Positions 19,721 to 30,370 of a DNA stretch of 64,000 nucleotides are shown here, piece by piece. The notes below the pieces were generated by a model. That model worked only from the letters and a program-made list of their open reading frames with translations. It did not search any database and was not told the origin of the DNA. Each line of letters starts with the position of its first letter. Positions within the stretch are counted from its first letter, which is position 1. Source of the DNA: a virus; the IMG/VR virus record IMGVR_UViG_3300032240_003128; one strand, given 5' to 3'. The translations under genes and the position numbers were made by a program.

Positions 19721-21121
19721 ATGAATCTTGTAGAAAGACTCAAAAAACATTTCGATGTCGAAAGTAATGTCTTGATAACTGGCGCACATGGCGTTGGTAA
19801 AACATCTATTATCAAACAGGTATTTGAAGACAATGGCTTGGTTCTTAATGAATCATGGCTTTATTTCTCAGGATCTACTCTTGATCCTTGGGTTGACTTT
19901 ATCGGTATTCCAAAAGAAATAGAATACAACGGCAAGAAATGCATTGAAATAATACCACCAAAAGCATTTATAGACGAAGGTAAGATTCAAGCTATTTTCA
20001 TCGATGAGTTCAATCGTTCACCTAGCAAGATCAGGAATGCTCTTTTAGAACTTTGCCAATTCAAATCCATCAATGGTCGAAAATTTCCTAACTTGAAAGT
20101 TGTTTGGGCTGCGATCAATCCAGAAGATGAAGAAAATACTTATGATGTAGAAAGGCTCGATCCTGCTCAAAAAGATCGATTTCCCGGTAATCAAATATTT
20201 GTTCCATATGCTTGTGATACAGATTATTTTATCAAAAAATACGGTAACGACATAGCAACAACTAGTATTAATTGGTGGAACGATTTACCCGAAAACATCA
20301 AAAAACAAGTTTCACCTAGAAGACTTGATTATGCCCTCGAATATATGGCTAAAGGTATACCTTTAGAAGACATTCTGCCAAAAGATAGCAATCCGTCTAA
20401 ATTAAGACAAGATCTTAGTAATGGTCCCATTGATAAGAAACTGTCCAAATTGTATGAAACAAAAAATGTAAAAGAAGCAAAATTATTTTTAAATGTAGAA
20501 AACAACTATGTATCTGCCATAAAGATAATCAACATCAACGAAGGTTATAAAGAGTTTTTCGTTCCTTTGTTGAAGAAAGAAAAATTATGTTTATTGATTG
20601 CTGATGAAAAGATGTCTATTTCAGATTATATCTTAGCAAACAAGAACAAACATACTGAATTTAAATCAGCAGTAGAAGACATATTGACTGCTAGTACAAA
20701 TCCAAAAGCATTGATGAAAATAAGATCCTATTATGCTTCTAATGGCATAGAAGAATCAAGTAAAACCAAAGATATAAACAATGGCGTTGTCGAATCGTTG
20801 TCAAATAATGATTACATAGATCAATTTGACAAATGTAGCAAGAAAGATAAAATTAAAATTGTTATGCAAAATTTTCCAGATGATCCAAATGTTGATGTTT
20901 GCGAAAAAACAATGATATTTATTGTAGATTTTGTGGCTGAGAAATGGGAGACAACTATAAAACAATATGATTTAGATCTGTTGGTAGATATATGGAATAG
21001 ATCTTATGTAAAAGTAGACAAAATGTTTGCTGTTAAAATTAGTCAGACCCTAAATTTTAAGAAGAAATGCGAAAATTTAGGAATCATTAACATGATGAAA
21101 GGAATTCAAAATGGATATTAA
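19721..21121 (+). CDS. MoxR-like AAA+ ATPase
   Basis: GAHGVGKT, IFIDEFNR, AAINP, LDPAQKDRF, SPRR. Confidence 0.9.
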   Translation: MNLVERLKKHFDVESNVLITGAHGVGKTSIIKQVFEDNGLVLNESWLYFSGSTLDPWVDFIGIPKEIEYNGKKCIEIIPPKAFIDEGKIQAIFIDEFNRSPSKIRNALLELCQFKSINGRKFPNLKVVWAAINPEDEENTYDVERLDPAQKDRFPGNQIFVPYACDTDYFIKKYGNDIATTSINWWNDLPENIKKQVSPRRLDYALEYMAKGIPLEDILPKDSNPSKLRQDLSNGPIDKKLSKLYETKNVKEAKLFLNVENNYVSAIKIININEGYKEFFVPLLKKEKLCLLIADEKMSISDYILANKNKHTEFKSAVEDILTASTNPKALMKIRSYYASNGIEESSKTKDINNGVVESLSNNDYIDQFDKCSKKDKIKIVMQNFPDDPNVDVCEKTMIFIVDFVAEKWETTIKQYDLDLLVDIWNRSYVKVDKMFAVKISQTLNFKKKCENLGIINMMKGIQNGY

Positions 21122-22364
21122 TTCAGATTGGGAAAGACTTAAAAACAAGCTTGCTTGCCATCATAGTCTTTTCTACAAGATTGTCGAAATGGGTAAACCC
21201 TTTTTCACTGATAGGATTCCTACAGCAGCGGTTCAGTTTGACAAAGAAGGAAAATTTATTAGTTTTCTTTTTAATGAAAAGTTTTGGCAAGAGTGCGACG
21301 ATTACAAGAAAATGTTTGTAATTTGTCATGAATCTTTACATATAGTTTTACAACATGGAACAAGATTCTTAGAAAGTTTTAAGAATAAAATAGCAAATAT
21401 TGCTATGGATATAGTTGTCAATCATGCTCTTGTTAGAGATTTCGGTTTTATTAGGTCAGAACTTGATCCAAATTCAGATTATTGTTGGGTTGATACTGTT
21501 TTTAAAGACAAAAAATACTTAGGATTTCCTTATCCTGACGATGAATCAACAGAATTTTACTACAATGAAATTGAAAAAACCATGGAAGAAAACTCCGATG
21601 GTGATTGGCAGATGAGCTTAAACGGTGGTGGTAACCTTGTAGATGATCATAGTGGTATGTCGAGTGAAGAATTGGAAGAAATTATTAAGAAATCAGTTGA
21701 TACTTTAGATGAAAAAGAAAAGAGCCAATTAAACGATGCTTTAAACAATATTAAAAAAGCTGGTAATCAAGCTGGTAACTGGATGAGTATTGGAAAAATC
21801 CAAGAAGTAAAAAAACGTAAATGGGAAACAATTATCAAAAAATGGCAAATAAAATCTTTAAAACTAGAAGAAGCTGAAAAGGAACAATGGATTAGAAAAT
21901 CAAGAAGAATGAATTCTTTTCATAATGGTTTGATATTGCCTTCTAATGCTGAAATTGAACATTTCCACATGACGAAGAATAAAGTAAATGTTTATTTCTT
22001 TTTAGATACATCTGGAAGCTGTATAAATCTAGCAAAAAGATTTTTTCTTGCTGCCAATAGCTTACCAAAGGAAAAATTTAATATAAGATTGTTTTGTTTT
22101 GACACAAGAGTAGAAGAAACAGATTTAAAATCTGGTAAAGTATATGGCGGTGGTGGGACTTACTTTGATATTATCGAAGAAAGAATCCAGCAAGAAAAGA
22201 AAGAAAATAAAAAATATCCAGCCGCAGTTTTTATCATTACTGATGGTGCTGGAAATAATGTTACACCTGAATTCCCTAATAGATGGCATTGGTTTTTATC
22301 TGAAGATAACAAAAGATATATTCCTAAACAATCTTTTGTTTATGATTTATCAGATTTTGAGTGA
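21111..22364 (+). CDS. Metallopeptidase-like (HExxH) + vWA protein, DUF2201-like
   Basis: CHESLHIV, NIAMDIVVN, MIDAS DTSGS, GGGGT.F, ITDG. Confidence 0.85.
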   Translation: MDINSDWERLKNKLACHHSLFYKIVEMGKPFFTDRIPTAAVQFDKEGKFISFLFNEKFWQECDDYKKMFVICHESLHIVLQHGTRFLESFKNKIANIAMDIVVNHALVRDFGFIRSELDPNSDYCWVDTVFKDKKYLGFPYPDDESTEFYYNEIEKTMEENSDGDWQMSLNGGGNLVDDHSGMSSEELEEIIKKSVDTLDEKEKSQLNDALNNIKKAGNQAGNWMSIGKIQEVKKRKWETIIKKWQIKSLKLEEAEKEQWIRKSRRMNSFHNGLILPSNAEIEHFHMTKNKVNVYFFLDTSGSCINLAKRFFLAANSLPKEKFNIRLFCFDTRVEETDLKSGKVYGGGGTYFDIIEERIQQEKKENKKYPAAVFIITDGAGNNVTPEFPNRWHWFLSEDNKRYIPKQSFVYDLSDFE

Positions 22365-22372
22365 TTGGCAGT

Positions 22373-22909
22373 CTAAGATTGGTAGAAGAACTCATCGTTT
22401 AGCTTTAGGATGTGATCTAAAGCCACTCCTGTCCATTCTTTGTACTTCATTGTATATTCGAACTCGTGACCAACAAGATCTCTTGTAAGCACAAAAACGA
22501 GCCAAGGTTTGCGTGTCTTTTTCCAGCAAACCATAGGGCTTCTGCCACATCGTTTGCTGTCATCGGTTACTTGTTCCATAAAGCTGTCTAATTCGCTATT
22601 ACCTTTGATAAAGATGGAACTCATGTCAATGCTGTCATAGCCGCCCTTGCTTTCAATGACAAACTTAAAGCCTTTGGGTACGACAAGATCACCGCTAAAC
22701 ACTTGTGTGGCTTCTTCTGTCATTTTATCGACTTGAGCCCATCGATTGCCGCTCCCGACAGAACGTGTGAAGGGCATATTGAATCTATTAGATAAAATCT
22801 TAGTTAATTCTAGTTCTGTACGATTTCCCTTTTTCTTGCCGTTTACCTTTTTAGGTTTTTTTGGAAGTATTTCGTCTATATCAAGACCAGAAAAATCATT
22901 AGTACTCAA
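22373..22909 (-). CDS. Holliday junction resolvase-like PD-(D/E)XK nuclease
   Basis: KKKGNRTELE, RSVGSG, GDLV, IESK. Confidence 0.8.
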   Translation of the reverse strand: MSTNDFSGLDIDEILPKKPKKVNGKKKGNRTELELTKILSNRFNMPFTRSVGSGNRWAQVDKMTEEATQVFSGDLVVPKGFKFVIESKGGYDSIDMSSIFIKGNSELDSFMEQVTDDSKRCGRSPMVCWKKTRKPWLVFVLTRDLVGHEFEYTMKYKEWTGVALDHILKLNDEFFYQS

Positions 22910-23690
22910 GCAGCACCTCTTTATGTAATTTAATTGAGTAAAATTTTCTGGTTATAGAAACATCATCATAAGTGAATTCACATAGTTTATAAGGACTAAC
23001 TTTATAGAAATTACATTCTTTCATTATATTTTCTGCTTTATTGTAGTAAGACAAGGCATGTAGAAATATTTCAACTGTAGAACAGAAGAAAATTTGTCCT
23101 GTTATGTGAGTCATATCGAAGAAATAAAGCGGTCTTGCATGATTTCTGTAAAGATATAATTTTATTTTATTTTCTTTGTGTTCGCATAAAGATATTGCAA
23201 ATTGACTTTTAGGTATCAAACCTGTCAATTTAGAAAAAGCTTTATTGGTAGGACTTGTATCATTTTCAAAGAATCTGAGTAAAATTTCTGAATCGCAAGT
23301 TGATTCTGTTCGAAAATGTTCTTTTAACGAATCGTATTCTGTTCTTTCAACAATGCCATTATGTATAAGGATTTTTTTATTATCTTTACTAACAAAAGGA
23401 TGATTATTTATATTGTTTTCTGGTTCTCCACAATTTGCTGTAGCATGTCTGGTATGCATCAAACATAACTTCATGTTAGTATGTTTAAGATTTTTAAAAA
23501 AAACTGTTTTTACAAACTCGGAAGAAGGAATAGGTTCTTTTTTAAAATAACAATTATTTTCTACATCAACAGCATAAAAACCGGATGCATGAATTCCACG
23601 ATATTCTAAAAGCTTAAATATTCTTTTTGAAAAATTATAAGTAAACTTTGGACTGTTGGAAATTCCTATAAAGCCAGCTATGCCGCAAAT
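22899..23690 (-). CDS. Class II (Ntn) glutamine amidotransferase, apparently starting at ATT
   Basis: 72-codon in-frame extension of the track ORF gives (I)CGIAG...LEYRGIHASG; later HTRHAT, NNHPF, HNG, CDSE. Confidence 0.8.
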   Translation of the reverse strand: MCGIAGFIGISNSPKFTYNFSKRIFKLLEYRGIHASGFYAVDVENNCYFKKEPIPSSEFVKTVFFKNLKHTNMKLCLMHTRHATANCGEPENNINNHPFVSKDNKKILIHNGIVERTEYDSLKEHFRTESTCDSEILLRFFENDTSPTNKAFSKLTGLIPKSQFAISLCEHKENKIKLYLYRNHARPLYFFDMTHITGQIFFCSTVEIFLHALSYYNKAENIMKECNFYKVSPYKLCEFTYDDVSITRKFYSIKLHKEVLLEY

Positions 23691-23704
23691 AATACACCTT
23701 ACCT

Positions 23705-24334
23705 TTATAACATTTTATAACGATTGTTTTGAGTTTTGATGTTTGGTTTTTTTCTTTCTTCAATCAATTTAGTTTTAATTGATTTGGTAGACGAAACATC
23801 CGATAAATTGTAGTTAAATTGTTTTGCATTAAGAAATATATTGATCTCGTTGAAAATTTCTATTGGATTGGCTATTAGTTTTTCATTTTCAATAGTCATG
23901 AAATTTTTAACTTTATCTTTAAGCTTCATGGCATTGGAATAGCATGTATCGTATGAATTTGATTTTTCATCATGCGATGATTTTCTAAATTTAGGATTTA
24001 CATATGAATTATGTGCTGACCAACTTTTTATAATGCTGTTTTTGTCTTTCAAGCAATAAAGATAATAAGAATTTGGCATATTTTCAATCAGCCAATCTGT
24101 ATGATTGTTTTCGATCCAAGGTCTTTTTAGGATAACTCTATTTTCTTTTTGAGTTAAAGATTCTATTTTTTGAGCATTTGCGTTTAATAAAAAGTCATTT
24201 TCTAAAATGAATGCCATTGATCCGTTATTGAATAAAACAAAATCAGGATGTTGGCGTATTACATGGGCTACAATTGTGGTCCCTGAATGAGCCATACCGC
24301 AAATAATTATTAATTTTTCATTACCTTTTATCAT
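23705..24334 (-). CDS. Sulfotransferase-family protein
   Basis: IICGMAHSGTT PAPS-binding loop, LKRP. Confidence 0.75.
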   Translation of the reverse strand: MIKGNEKLIIICGMAHSGTTIVAHVIRQHPDFVLFNNGSMAFILENDFLLNANAQKIESLTQKENRVILKRPWIENNHTDWLIENMPNSYYLYCLKDKNSIIKSWSAHNSYVNPKFRKSSHDEKSNSYDTCYSNAMKLKDKVKNFMTIENEKLIANPIEIFNEINIFLNAKQFNYNLSDVSSTKSIKTKLIEERKKPNIKTQNNRYKML

Positions 24335-24813
24335 TTTTGCGGCATTTGACTAGTAGGTGCTGCTTGAGACATGTCAAAACCGCTTGCAGGAGGCATTTCA
24401 GGTGCAATGTCCTGCGTTGCCACATCCTTGGGTTTTTCCATTTCAGCGGGCTTTTTGGTGATTTGAAAGGCATTAACAGGAACGCCCATCTTATTAACCA
24501 CTTGTTGCAATACAGCAATTGTGCTTTTAAGAACATTTTCTATGTTATCGTTCTCATCTATAGACTTTGCCAAAGCAATAGCACATTTTTGTAAAGACTT
24601 AAGAAATTTACGATTTTCATTTCCCCAGTGACCTTGCAAAATGCCTCTGCATTTATTAACAATTATTTGACTGTAGCGAACTAAATTTCTTGTACCTATT
24701 TTATTGACTTCGTCTGCTAGTTCTTGAGAAGAATTGAGAACATCGCCAATTTCTTTAGCTAAATAAACTTTGTTTTCGTTCAAAACATATGTTCTAAAAT
24801 TAAAATTTGTCAT
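24331..24813 (-). CDS. Hypothetical protein with CTS-like N-terminus
   Basis: MTNFNFRTYVLNE|; TAAATA 5 nt upstream of ATG. Confidence 0.7.
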   Translation of the reverse strand: MTNFNFRTYVLNENKVYLAKEIGDVLNSSQELADEVNKIGTRNLVRYSQIIVNKCRGILQGHWGNENRKFLKSLQKCAIALAKSIDENDNIENVLKSTIAVLQQVVNKMGVPVNAFQITKKPAEMEKPKDVATQDIAPEMPPASGFDMSQAAPTSQMPQK

Positions 24814-24850
24814 ATTTCTATTTATTAATAAAGTATCAAATGTTTTTTTA

Positions 24851-25711
24851 TCACATCATTTTTATTGGTAAATTTACATCACAATGCTTCACACCCGGTA
24901 TTATTTTGCTCATAAAATAATTGTTTAACAAGATATGATTAAAGTGTTTTGAATGATAAACATTTTCTGGTATAGCTTGTGGGGGCGCAGTCATTAAATG
25001 TAAATTGTTAAATCTTGCTGACAAATTATCCTGTCCGAGAAACGATAAACCACCAGTGCCATTGTTGCGAATTGTAATATTATAAAACATTTCCATAAAT
25101 TTATCTTTATCTCTTTTTCTCAGATTTCTTAACATTGTTTCTTCTTGAATGCTACATTTTTCATTACAATGCGGATAAACATTTTTGATATAATTGATTT
25201 TATTGTGTTTGCCATTCATGATATCATTGTATTCTTGATCGATAAATTCTGCATATTTTTTAATCGAATCTTTTGTGGAATCGAAATAAATTATACCACC
25301 ATTAACAGCCAAATTGTCAGCATTCAAAATACCAACTTTATCCCAATGAAAATTAGAAAATTGATTAAGTAAAAAAACATCTACGTCAATATAAATTGCT
25401 TTAGATTTTTCAAGTTTGGCATGATTATAGCAATTGATATGTCTTGAAAACATTTTCCAATTCATATTAGGCTGATTGCATTTTGCGTAAACTGGTTCTT
25501 GTTCAACCAAATCAAATTTTATCTTTTTTGATGCTTCTAAAATAAGATCTGGAGGTTTGTCGTTTTCGTAAGTTATTACAACAATTTTATTATTAGGATA
25601 ATAATGTCTCAATGTTAAAACTGAGACTAAAAAACAACCCCAGAACTTATGAAAACCAATTGAATTGCTATTGGTGTAAACTACATAATAAAATACTATT
25701 TCTTCTTGCAT
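24851..25711 (-). CDS. GT-A glycosyltransferase (GT8-like)
   Basis: IYIDVDVF DxD motif, VNGGIIYF. Confidence 0.7.
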   Translation of the reverse strand: MQEEIVFYYVVYTNSNSIGFHKFWGCFLVSVLTLRHYYPNNKIVVITYENDKPPDLILEASKKIKFDLVEQEPVYAKCNQPNMNWKMFSRHINCYNHAKLEKSKAIYIDVDVFLLNQFSNFHWDKVGILNADNLAVNGGIIYFDSTKDSIKKYAEFIDQEYNDIMNGKHNKINYIKNVYPHCNEKCSIQEETMLRNLRKRDKDKFMEMFYNITIRNNGTGGLSFLGQDNLSARFNNLHLMTAPPQAIPENVYHSKHFNHILLNNYFMSKIIPGVKHCDVNLPIKMM

Positions 25712-25738
25712 ATCATCTATGTATTACGATGTAATTAA

Positions 25739-25785
25739 CAACTCCATGTTTCCAACTCAATAATAGAGTTAAAAACATGGAGTTG
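25739..25785. terminator. Hairpin downstream of nrdJ
   Basis: CAACTCCATGTTT / AAACATGGAGTTG 13-bp inverted repeat with inner AACTC/GAGTT; weak U-tract. Confidence 0.5.
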
Positions 25786-25811
25786 CTTTGTAGAATTGTT
25801 AAATACAATTC

Positions 25812-28265
25812 TTAACCACACTTAGACCATCCGCATGATTTGCAAATAACGCAACCATCATTTCTTTCAATTTGACTGCTTGCGCATGATGGGCATTCTT
25901 CACCATGAACCTTAGTGCCATCCTTGATGTACTTCTTAAGAGTTCTTGCAAGCACCTTACTAAGGCTGACAAGATCTCCCTTAGTCTTTTCAAGCTGATG
26001 AACGACGAAGCTAATATCAGCACCGTGACGAAGTGATGTGCTAACCATGCGGCACAACGCATCTCCATTCTCATGATTGCTAATATTAATCAAATTAAAT
26101 GATTCGTTGCCAGCTTGGAACACATACTTGCCTCTATTGAGCTTCTTGAGCAATCCCTTGGTTTCCTTACACTTAATCAATAGTTTGCCGTCTTCGGTGT
26201 TTAAGCCAGCAAATACTTCGTATGGCTCACCGTTAAAAAGACCTACAACAACATAATAAGGTTCACCTTTAACCATTGGAAGATACAATTCTGCTTCAAT
26301 ATCAGCAGGACGTTTTGGAGCATCGTTCTTTATGATCTTTTCTTCTACTTCTTCTTCTTTCTTAGCAGGTTTTTCAACCAAAACTCCTGTTCGGCAATTC
26401 TTGCGATAAACAGTCATACCCTTGCACTTATACTTCCATGCAGCTTCATAAATCTTAGCAACTTGTTCTTCTGTAACTTCTTCTGGCAAGTTAACAGTCT
26501 TGGAAATTGCATGATCTACATACTTTTGCGCTTCAGCTTGTAATTCTACAGCCGCAACCCAATCAATATCTTCCGCACAGCAACCAAACCAAGGAGACTT
26601 CTTAAGATCCGTTTCCCCTGTAATATCCATCCACATTTTGACTTTAGGATGATACACTTCAAATTCTTGCCAGTGATCCCCATTTGGATCAACAAAATCT
26701 GTTCTTGCATTCTTATCGTTTGGATTGATCTTTTTTCGTCTGGTATATGGGAAAAGCATGAACAAAGGTTCAACACCAGATGTTGTCTGTGTCATGATAG
26801 ACACAGATCCTGTTGGAGCAATTGTTAAATTAGCAATATTCCTTCTACCATGCTTTTGCATATTTTCGTAAAGAGTTGCATCAAGATCTTTCAGCATCAA
26901 AAGAAATTCAGAATCCTTTTCTTTGTTCCAATCCCAAACAGGGAATGCACCTGTCTTTTTAGCCATATCAACACTAGACCGGAACGATGACAAGCACAAA
27001 GTCTTGCAAATTTTGCCAGTCATTTCAATACTTTGTCTGCTACCATAAGCAATACTCAAAGCTGCCATCGTATCACCCAAAGCAGTCAATCCAGTACCAG
27101 TTCTTCTACCATTTTCACACTTTTTATAAATATCTTGCCAAAGTTCAATCTCATTAGCTTTAATAGTGCTAGATTCTGGGTCTTTCTTAATTTTCTTGAT
27201 AATTTCGCTTACTTTTTCAAGTTCAAGATCAATCATATCATCCATCAATCGCTGACAGATTATTGCGTGTTCTTCAAACAATGCAAAATCAAAATAAGCA
27301 TCTTTAGTGAAAGGATTGACAACATAAGAGAACAAATTGAGAACCATTAAGCGGCAAGAGTCAAAAGCACAAATTGGTAATTCGGCACAGGGGTTTGTTG
27401 ATATAGTTTTATATCCATCTTCTGCATAGCAGTCAACGGCGTTGTACTTAGTGATCTGATCCCAGAAAAGAAGACCGGGTTCAGCTCTTAGCCATGCATT
27501 GTGGATGATCTTTTTCCACAATTCCTTAGCATCGACATAGATGTCACTGTCGCTAGGAGGTGCATCTACGGGGAATCGTAAGCGGAACTTTTCGCCCTTT
27601 TCAACAGCTTCCAAGAATTCATTACTAAGCAAAACAGAGATATTTGCCCCTGTAACCTTTGAACTGTCGTTCTTAATGGTGATAAACGATTCAATGTCCT
27701 TATGAGCAACATGGATACTAAGCATTAGAGCGCCTCTGCGCCCCGCCTGACCGACTTCTCTGATTGTGTTGCTATATCGCTCCATCCAAGAACCAATGCC
27801 TGTGCTGGTCCTAGCAGCGTTCTTAACAGGCGATCCGGAGGGACGTAGGGTAGATATGTCTACACCAACGCCACCTCTTCGTTTAGAAATTTGAGCTAAA
27901 TGTTCATCAACCTTAAGAATGCCACCATAACTGTCTTTTGGACTTTCAACTACATAGCAATTTGAAAGCGAAATGATTTGATGATCGTTCCCAATACCAA
28001 ACATTGGACTGCCTTGTGGCACAATATATTTAAATTTGTCAAATAAAGAAAAAATTTGTTCTTCAGAAAGTGGTTCTGTATACTTTTCGTCTTCAATTCT
28101 TGCAAACTCCTTGGCAAGACGACGATGCATATCAGCCGGTGTTTGTTCAAGCAAATTAGAGTTATTGTCTTTAAGAGCATATTTATCTAAAAATACTTTT
28201 GCAGCTAATTCGTCTCCTTCGAAATATTCCACACATTTGTCGAACGAATCGTTGTACTGATACAT
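25812..28265 (-). CDS. nrdJ: Class II (B12-dependent) ribonucleotide reductase
   Basis: SNC, RRGA, TNPCAE, IAPTG, ISKTVNLP, C-terminal Zn ribbon; no nrdB nearby. Confidence 0.92.
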   Translation of the reverse strand: MYQYNDSFDKCVEYFEGDELAAKVFLDKYALKDNNSNLLEQTPADMHRRLAKEFARIEDEKYTEPLSEEQIFSLFDKFKYIVPQGSPMFGIGNDHQIISLSNCYVVESPKDSYGGILKVDEHLAQISKRRGGVGVDISTLRPSGSPVKNAARTSTGIGSWMERYSNTIREVGQAGRRGALMLSIHVAHKDIESFITIKNDSSKVTGANISVLLSNEFLEAVEKGEKFRLRFPVDAPPSDSDIYVDAKELWKKIIHNAWLRAEPGLLFWDQITKYNAVDCYAEDGYKTISTNPCAELPICAFDSCRLMVLNLFSYVVNPFTKDAYFDFALFEEHAIICQRLMDDMIDLELEKVSEIIKKIKKDPESSTIKANEIELWQDIYKKCENGRRTGTGLTALGDTMAALSIAYGSRQSIEMTGKICKTLCLSSFRSSVDMAKKTGAFPVWDWNKEKDSEFLLMLKDLDATLYENMQKHGRRNIANLTIAPTGSVSIMTQTTSGVEPLFMLFPYTRRKKINPNDKNARTDFVDPNGDHWQEFEVYHPKVKMWMDITGETDLKKSPWFGCCAEDIDWVAAVELQAEAQKYVDHAISKTVNLPEEVTEEQVAKIYEAAWKYKCKGMTVYRKNCRTGVLVEKPAKKEEEVEEKIIKNDAPKRPADIEAELYLPMVKGEPYYVVVGLFNGEPYEVFAGLNTEDGKLLIKCKETKGLLKKLNRGKYVFQAGNESFNLINISNHENGDALCRMVSTSLRHGADISFVVHQLEKTKGDLVSLSKVLARTLKKYIKDGTKVHGEECPSCASSQIERNDGCVICKSCGWSKCG

Positions 28266-28362
28266 AAAAACCCCATAAATTAAAAGAACCTGATAAGATT
28301 AATAATACTAATGTTAAATTACAAAGCAATAAAAAATCAAAGCTTATTCCTAATTTGAAATT

Positions 28363-30366
28363 TTACTCATTATCTATACAAGAAACTCCATTTTCTAATT
28401 TCAATTTCAATCGACTTGAATCGGACAATAATTCCAAAAGTTCTTGATCATGTGTGGTAACAAATACTTGTTTATTTTTAGCTATGTTTTTAATAAGTTT
28501 GTATATTGCATTGTTACCTTGAGAATCCATATTAATAGAGATTTCGTCTAAAAAAATAATACTAGGAGTTGAGCCGCTGTTTAATTCACGAACATGAGCA
28601 AATGCTTGTGAAACTGCTAAATTAATTCTTCTTTTTTGACCATTTGATAACAAATCATATATGATAGATGTAGAATCTGTTATTTTTTGAATTTCTTCAT
28701 TAAATTCGTTATCAAATTTTAAAGATAAGTTACCATCAACCAGTATTGAAAGCATGCTCTGTATTGAATTATTAAGTAGAGGTAAAATCTGATCTATGAC
28801 AAATTTACGAACACCTTTATCGCCAAAAGCATCGATCCAAAAATTAAGATATGGTATTTTAGATACTAGGCTATTAAGTTTAACTTGTGTTTCCTTCTTG
28901 CTTTCTTTTGCTGCCTCAATTTTTGTTTGAGCAGTTTGGATAATGTCGCAAAATGGGGACTTACCAGTGATTGAATTTTCTTTTTCCATAATAGTCACAG
29001 AATTGACTGCTATTTTGTTTTCCAGCTTATCAATCAAATTTAATGTTTCAGGCTTTTGAATTTTGTTAAGATTTTTGTTTTCTTCTTGAAGATTATAAAT
29101 TTTGTTTTTACTATCTGTCAAAGATGAAGCAATTTTATTTTTTAAATCAACCACTTTTGCCAAATCAGATTTGATGCTGTTTATCTTCTCGATCAATTCT
29201 TTTTGCTTGTTTTCTTGTTCAGTTTTGTTGGTTTTTAATAATTCTTGTTTGCTATTGCATTCGCCTTCGATATGAAAGTAACTGTTTTTATCTACAACTG
29301 ATAAGCAATGATCGCACTCAACTCCGTCCTCAAGCTTTGAAATTTTATCAATTTTTTTCTTATTTTCGTTTAGCTTTCCATCAATTGATAATATTTCGTT
29401 TTTAATTTCGTTAAGATTTCCAACATATTCAATTAATACGGTTTTACCTTCTTCAATTTTGGCTTCAATCTGATCTTTAGATGCATCAAGCTTATTTATT
29501 TTGCTGTTTAATTGTTCTATTTGAGAATTGTTTTCTTCTATTTTGATTTGAGCGTTATTATATTTTTCAACTTGTGGATCAAATGCTTTTAGATCTTCAA
29601 TTTGTTTTTTTAATATTTTTTGATCATTTTCCAGATTTTGAACTTCTTGTTCTAAAGTATTTTTCCAAATACTTTTCTTTTCAATAATCTGATTAAATTG
29701 AAATGTTAAATTGTCAATAGTATTTTGGTTGTGGTTGTCGTCTTTTTCTGTAAGAGATATTTCTGTTTTAGTTTCTTTTAATATTTCTTTTGTTTTTTCG
29801 TTATAGATTCTATATTTTTCTAACCCAAGAAGATTTTCAACAATCATTCTTCTTTCGGAAGCGTTAGCTTCCAGATAACTGTCGGTATTTGAATCTGTGA
29901 ATACACAAATTGATTTAAATGTTTCGTAATTGAAACCAAGTATAGTTTCAATCATGTCTTGTGTTTGTTTTATCTCTCCTCTGGTTAATTCAGTTGTTTC
30001 GTCGAATACACTTTCTTTTGAGCGCCAGAGCTTTAGTCCATCTGGCTTTCTAGAACGCAATATTTTTACATCATCGAAACATATTTCAATTGCCATTTTT
30101 TTGTTTGTTTTGTTGTTAATTACATCTTTTGCACCAATTTTTTTAGGATTTTTCAATGTTTTGCCGAACAATCCATAAAGAAGAGCATCCATAATGCTGC
30201 TCTTGCCGCTACCATTACTTGAATTCAAGTCTCCATCTTTAACGTCTAAATTTTTACCTGTAAGAACAACAATTGAATCGTAATTGATAAAATCAATTTC
30301 AATTCCTTGTTCGCCAAAGCACAAAAAGTTTTGTGCTTTTAATTTTTTAAACTCAATTTTACGCAT
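28363..30366 (-). CDS. gp46: Rad50/SbcC (gp46-like) recombination ATPase
   Basis: NGSGKSS, coiled coil with CDHC hook, LSNGQ, FLDE, TTH. Confidence 0.92.
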   Translation of the reverse strand: MRKIEFKKLKAQNFLCFGEQGIEIDFINYDSIVVLTGKNLDVKDGDLNSSNGSGKSSIMDALLYGLFGKTLKNPKKIGAKDVINNKTNKKMAIEICFDDVKILRSRKPDGLKLWRSKESVFDETTELTRGEIKQTQDMIETILGFNYETFKSICVFTDSNTDSYLEANASERRMIVENLLGLEKYRIYNEKTKEILKETKTEISLTEKDDNHNQNTIDNLTFQFNQIIEKKSIWKNTLEQEVQNLENDQKILKKQIEDLKAFDPQVEKYNNAQIKIEENNSQIEQLNSKINKLDASKDQIEAKIEEGKTVLIEYVGNLNEIKNEILSIDGKLNENKKKIDKISKLEDGVECDHCLSVVDKNSYFHIEGECNSKQELLKTNKTEQENKQKELIEKINSIKSDLAKVVDLKNKIASSLTDSKNKIYNLQEENKNLNKIQKPETLNLIDKLENKIAVNSVTIMEKENSITGKSPFCDIIQTAQTKIEAAKESKKETQVKLNSLVSKIPYLNFWIDAFGDKGVRKFVIDQILPLLNNSIQSMLSILVDGNLSLKFDNEFNEEIQKITDSTSIIYDLLSNGQKRRINLAVSQAFAHVRELNSGSTPSIIFLDEISINMDSQGNNAIYKLIKNIAKNKQVFVTTHDQELLELLSDSSRLKLKLENGVSCIDNE

Positions 30367-30370
30367 AAAT

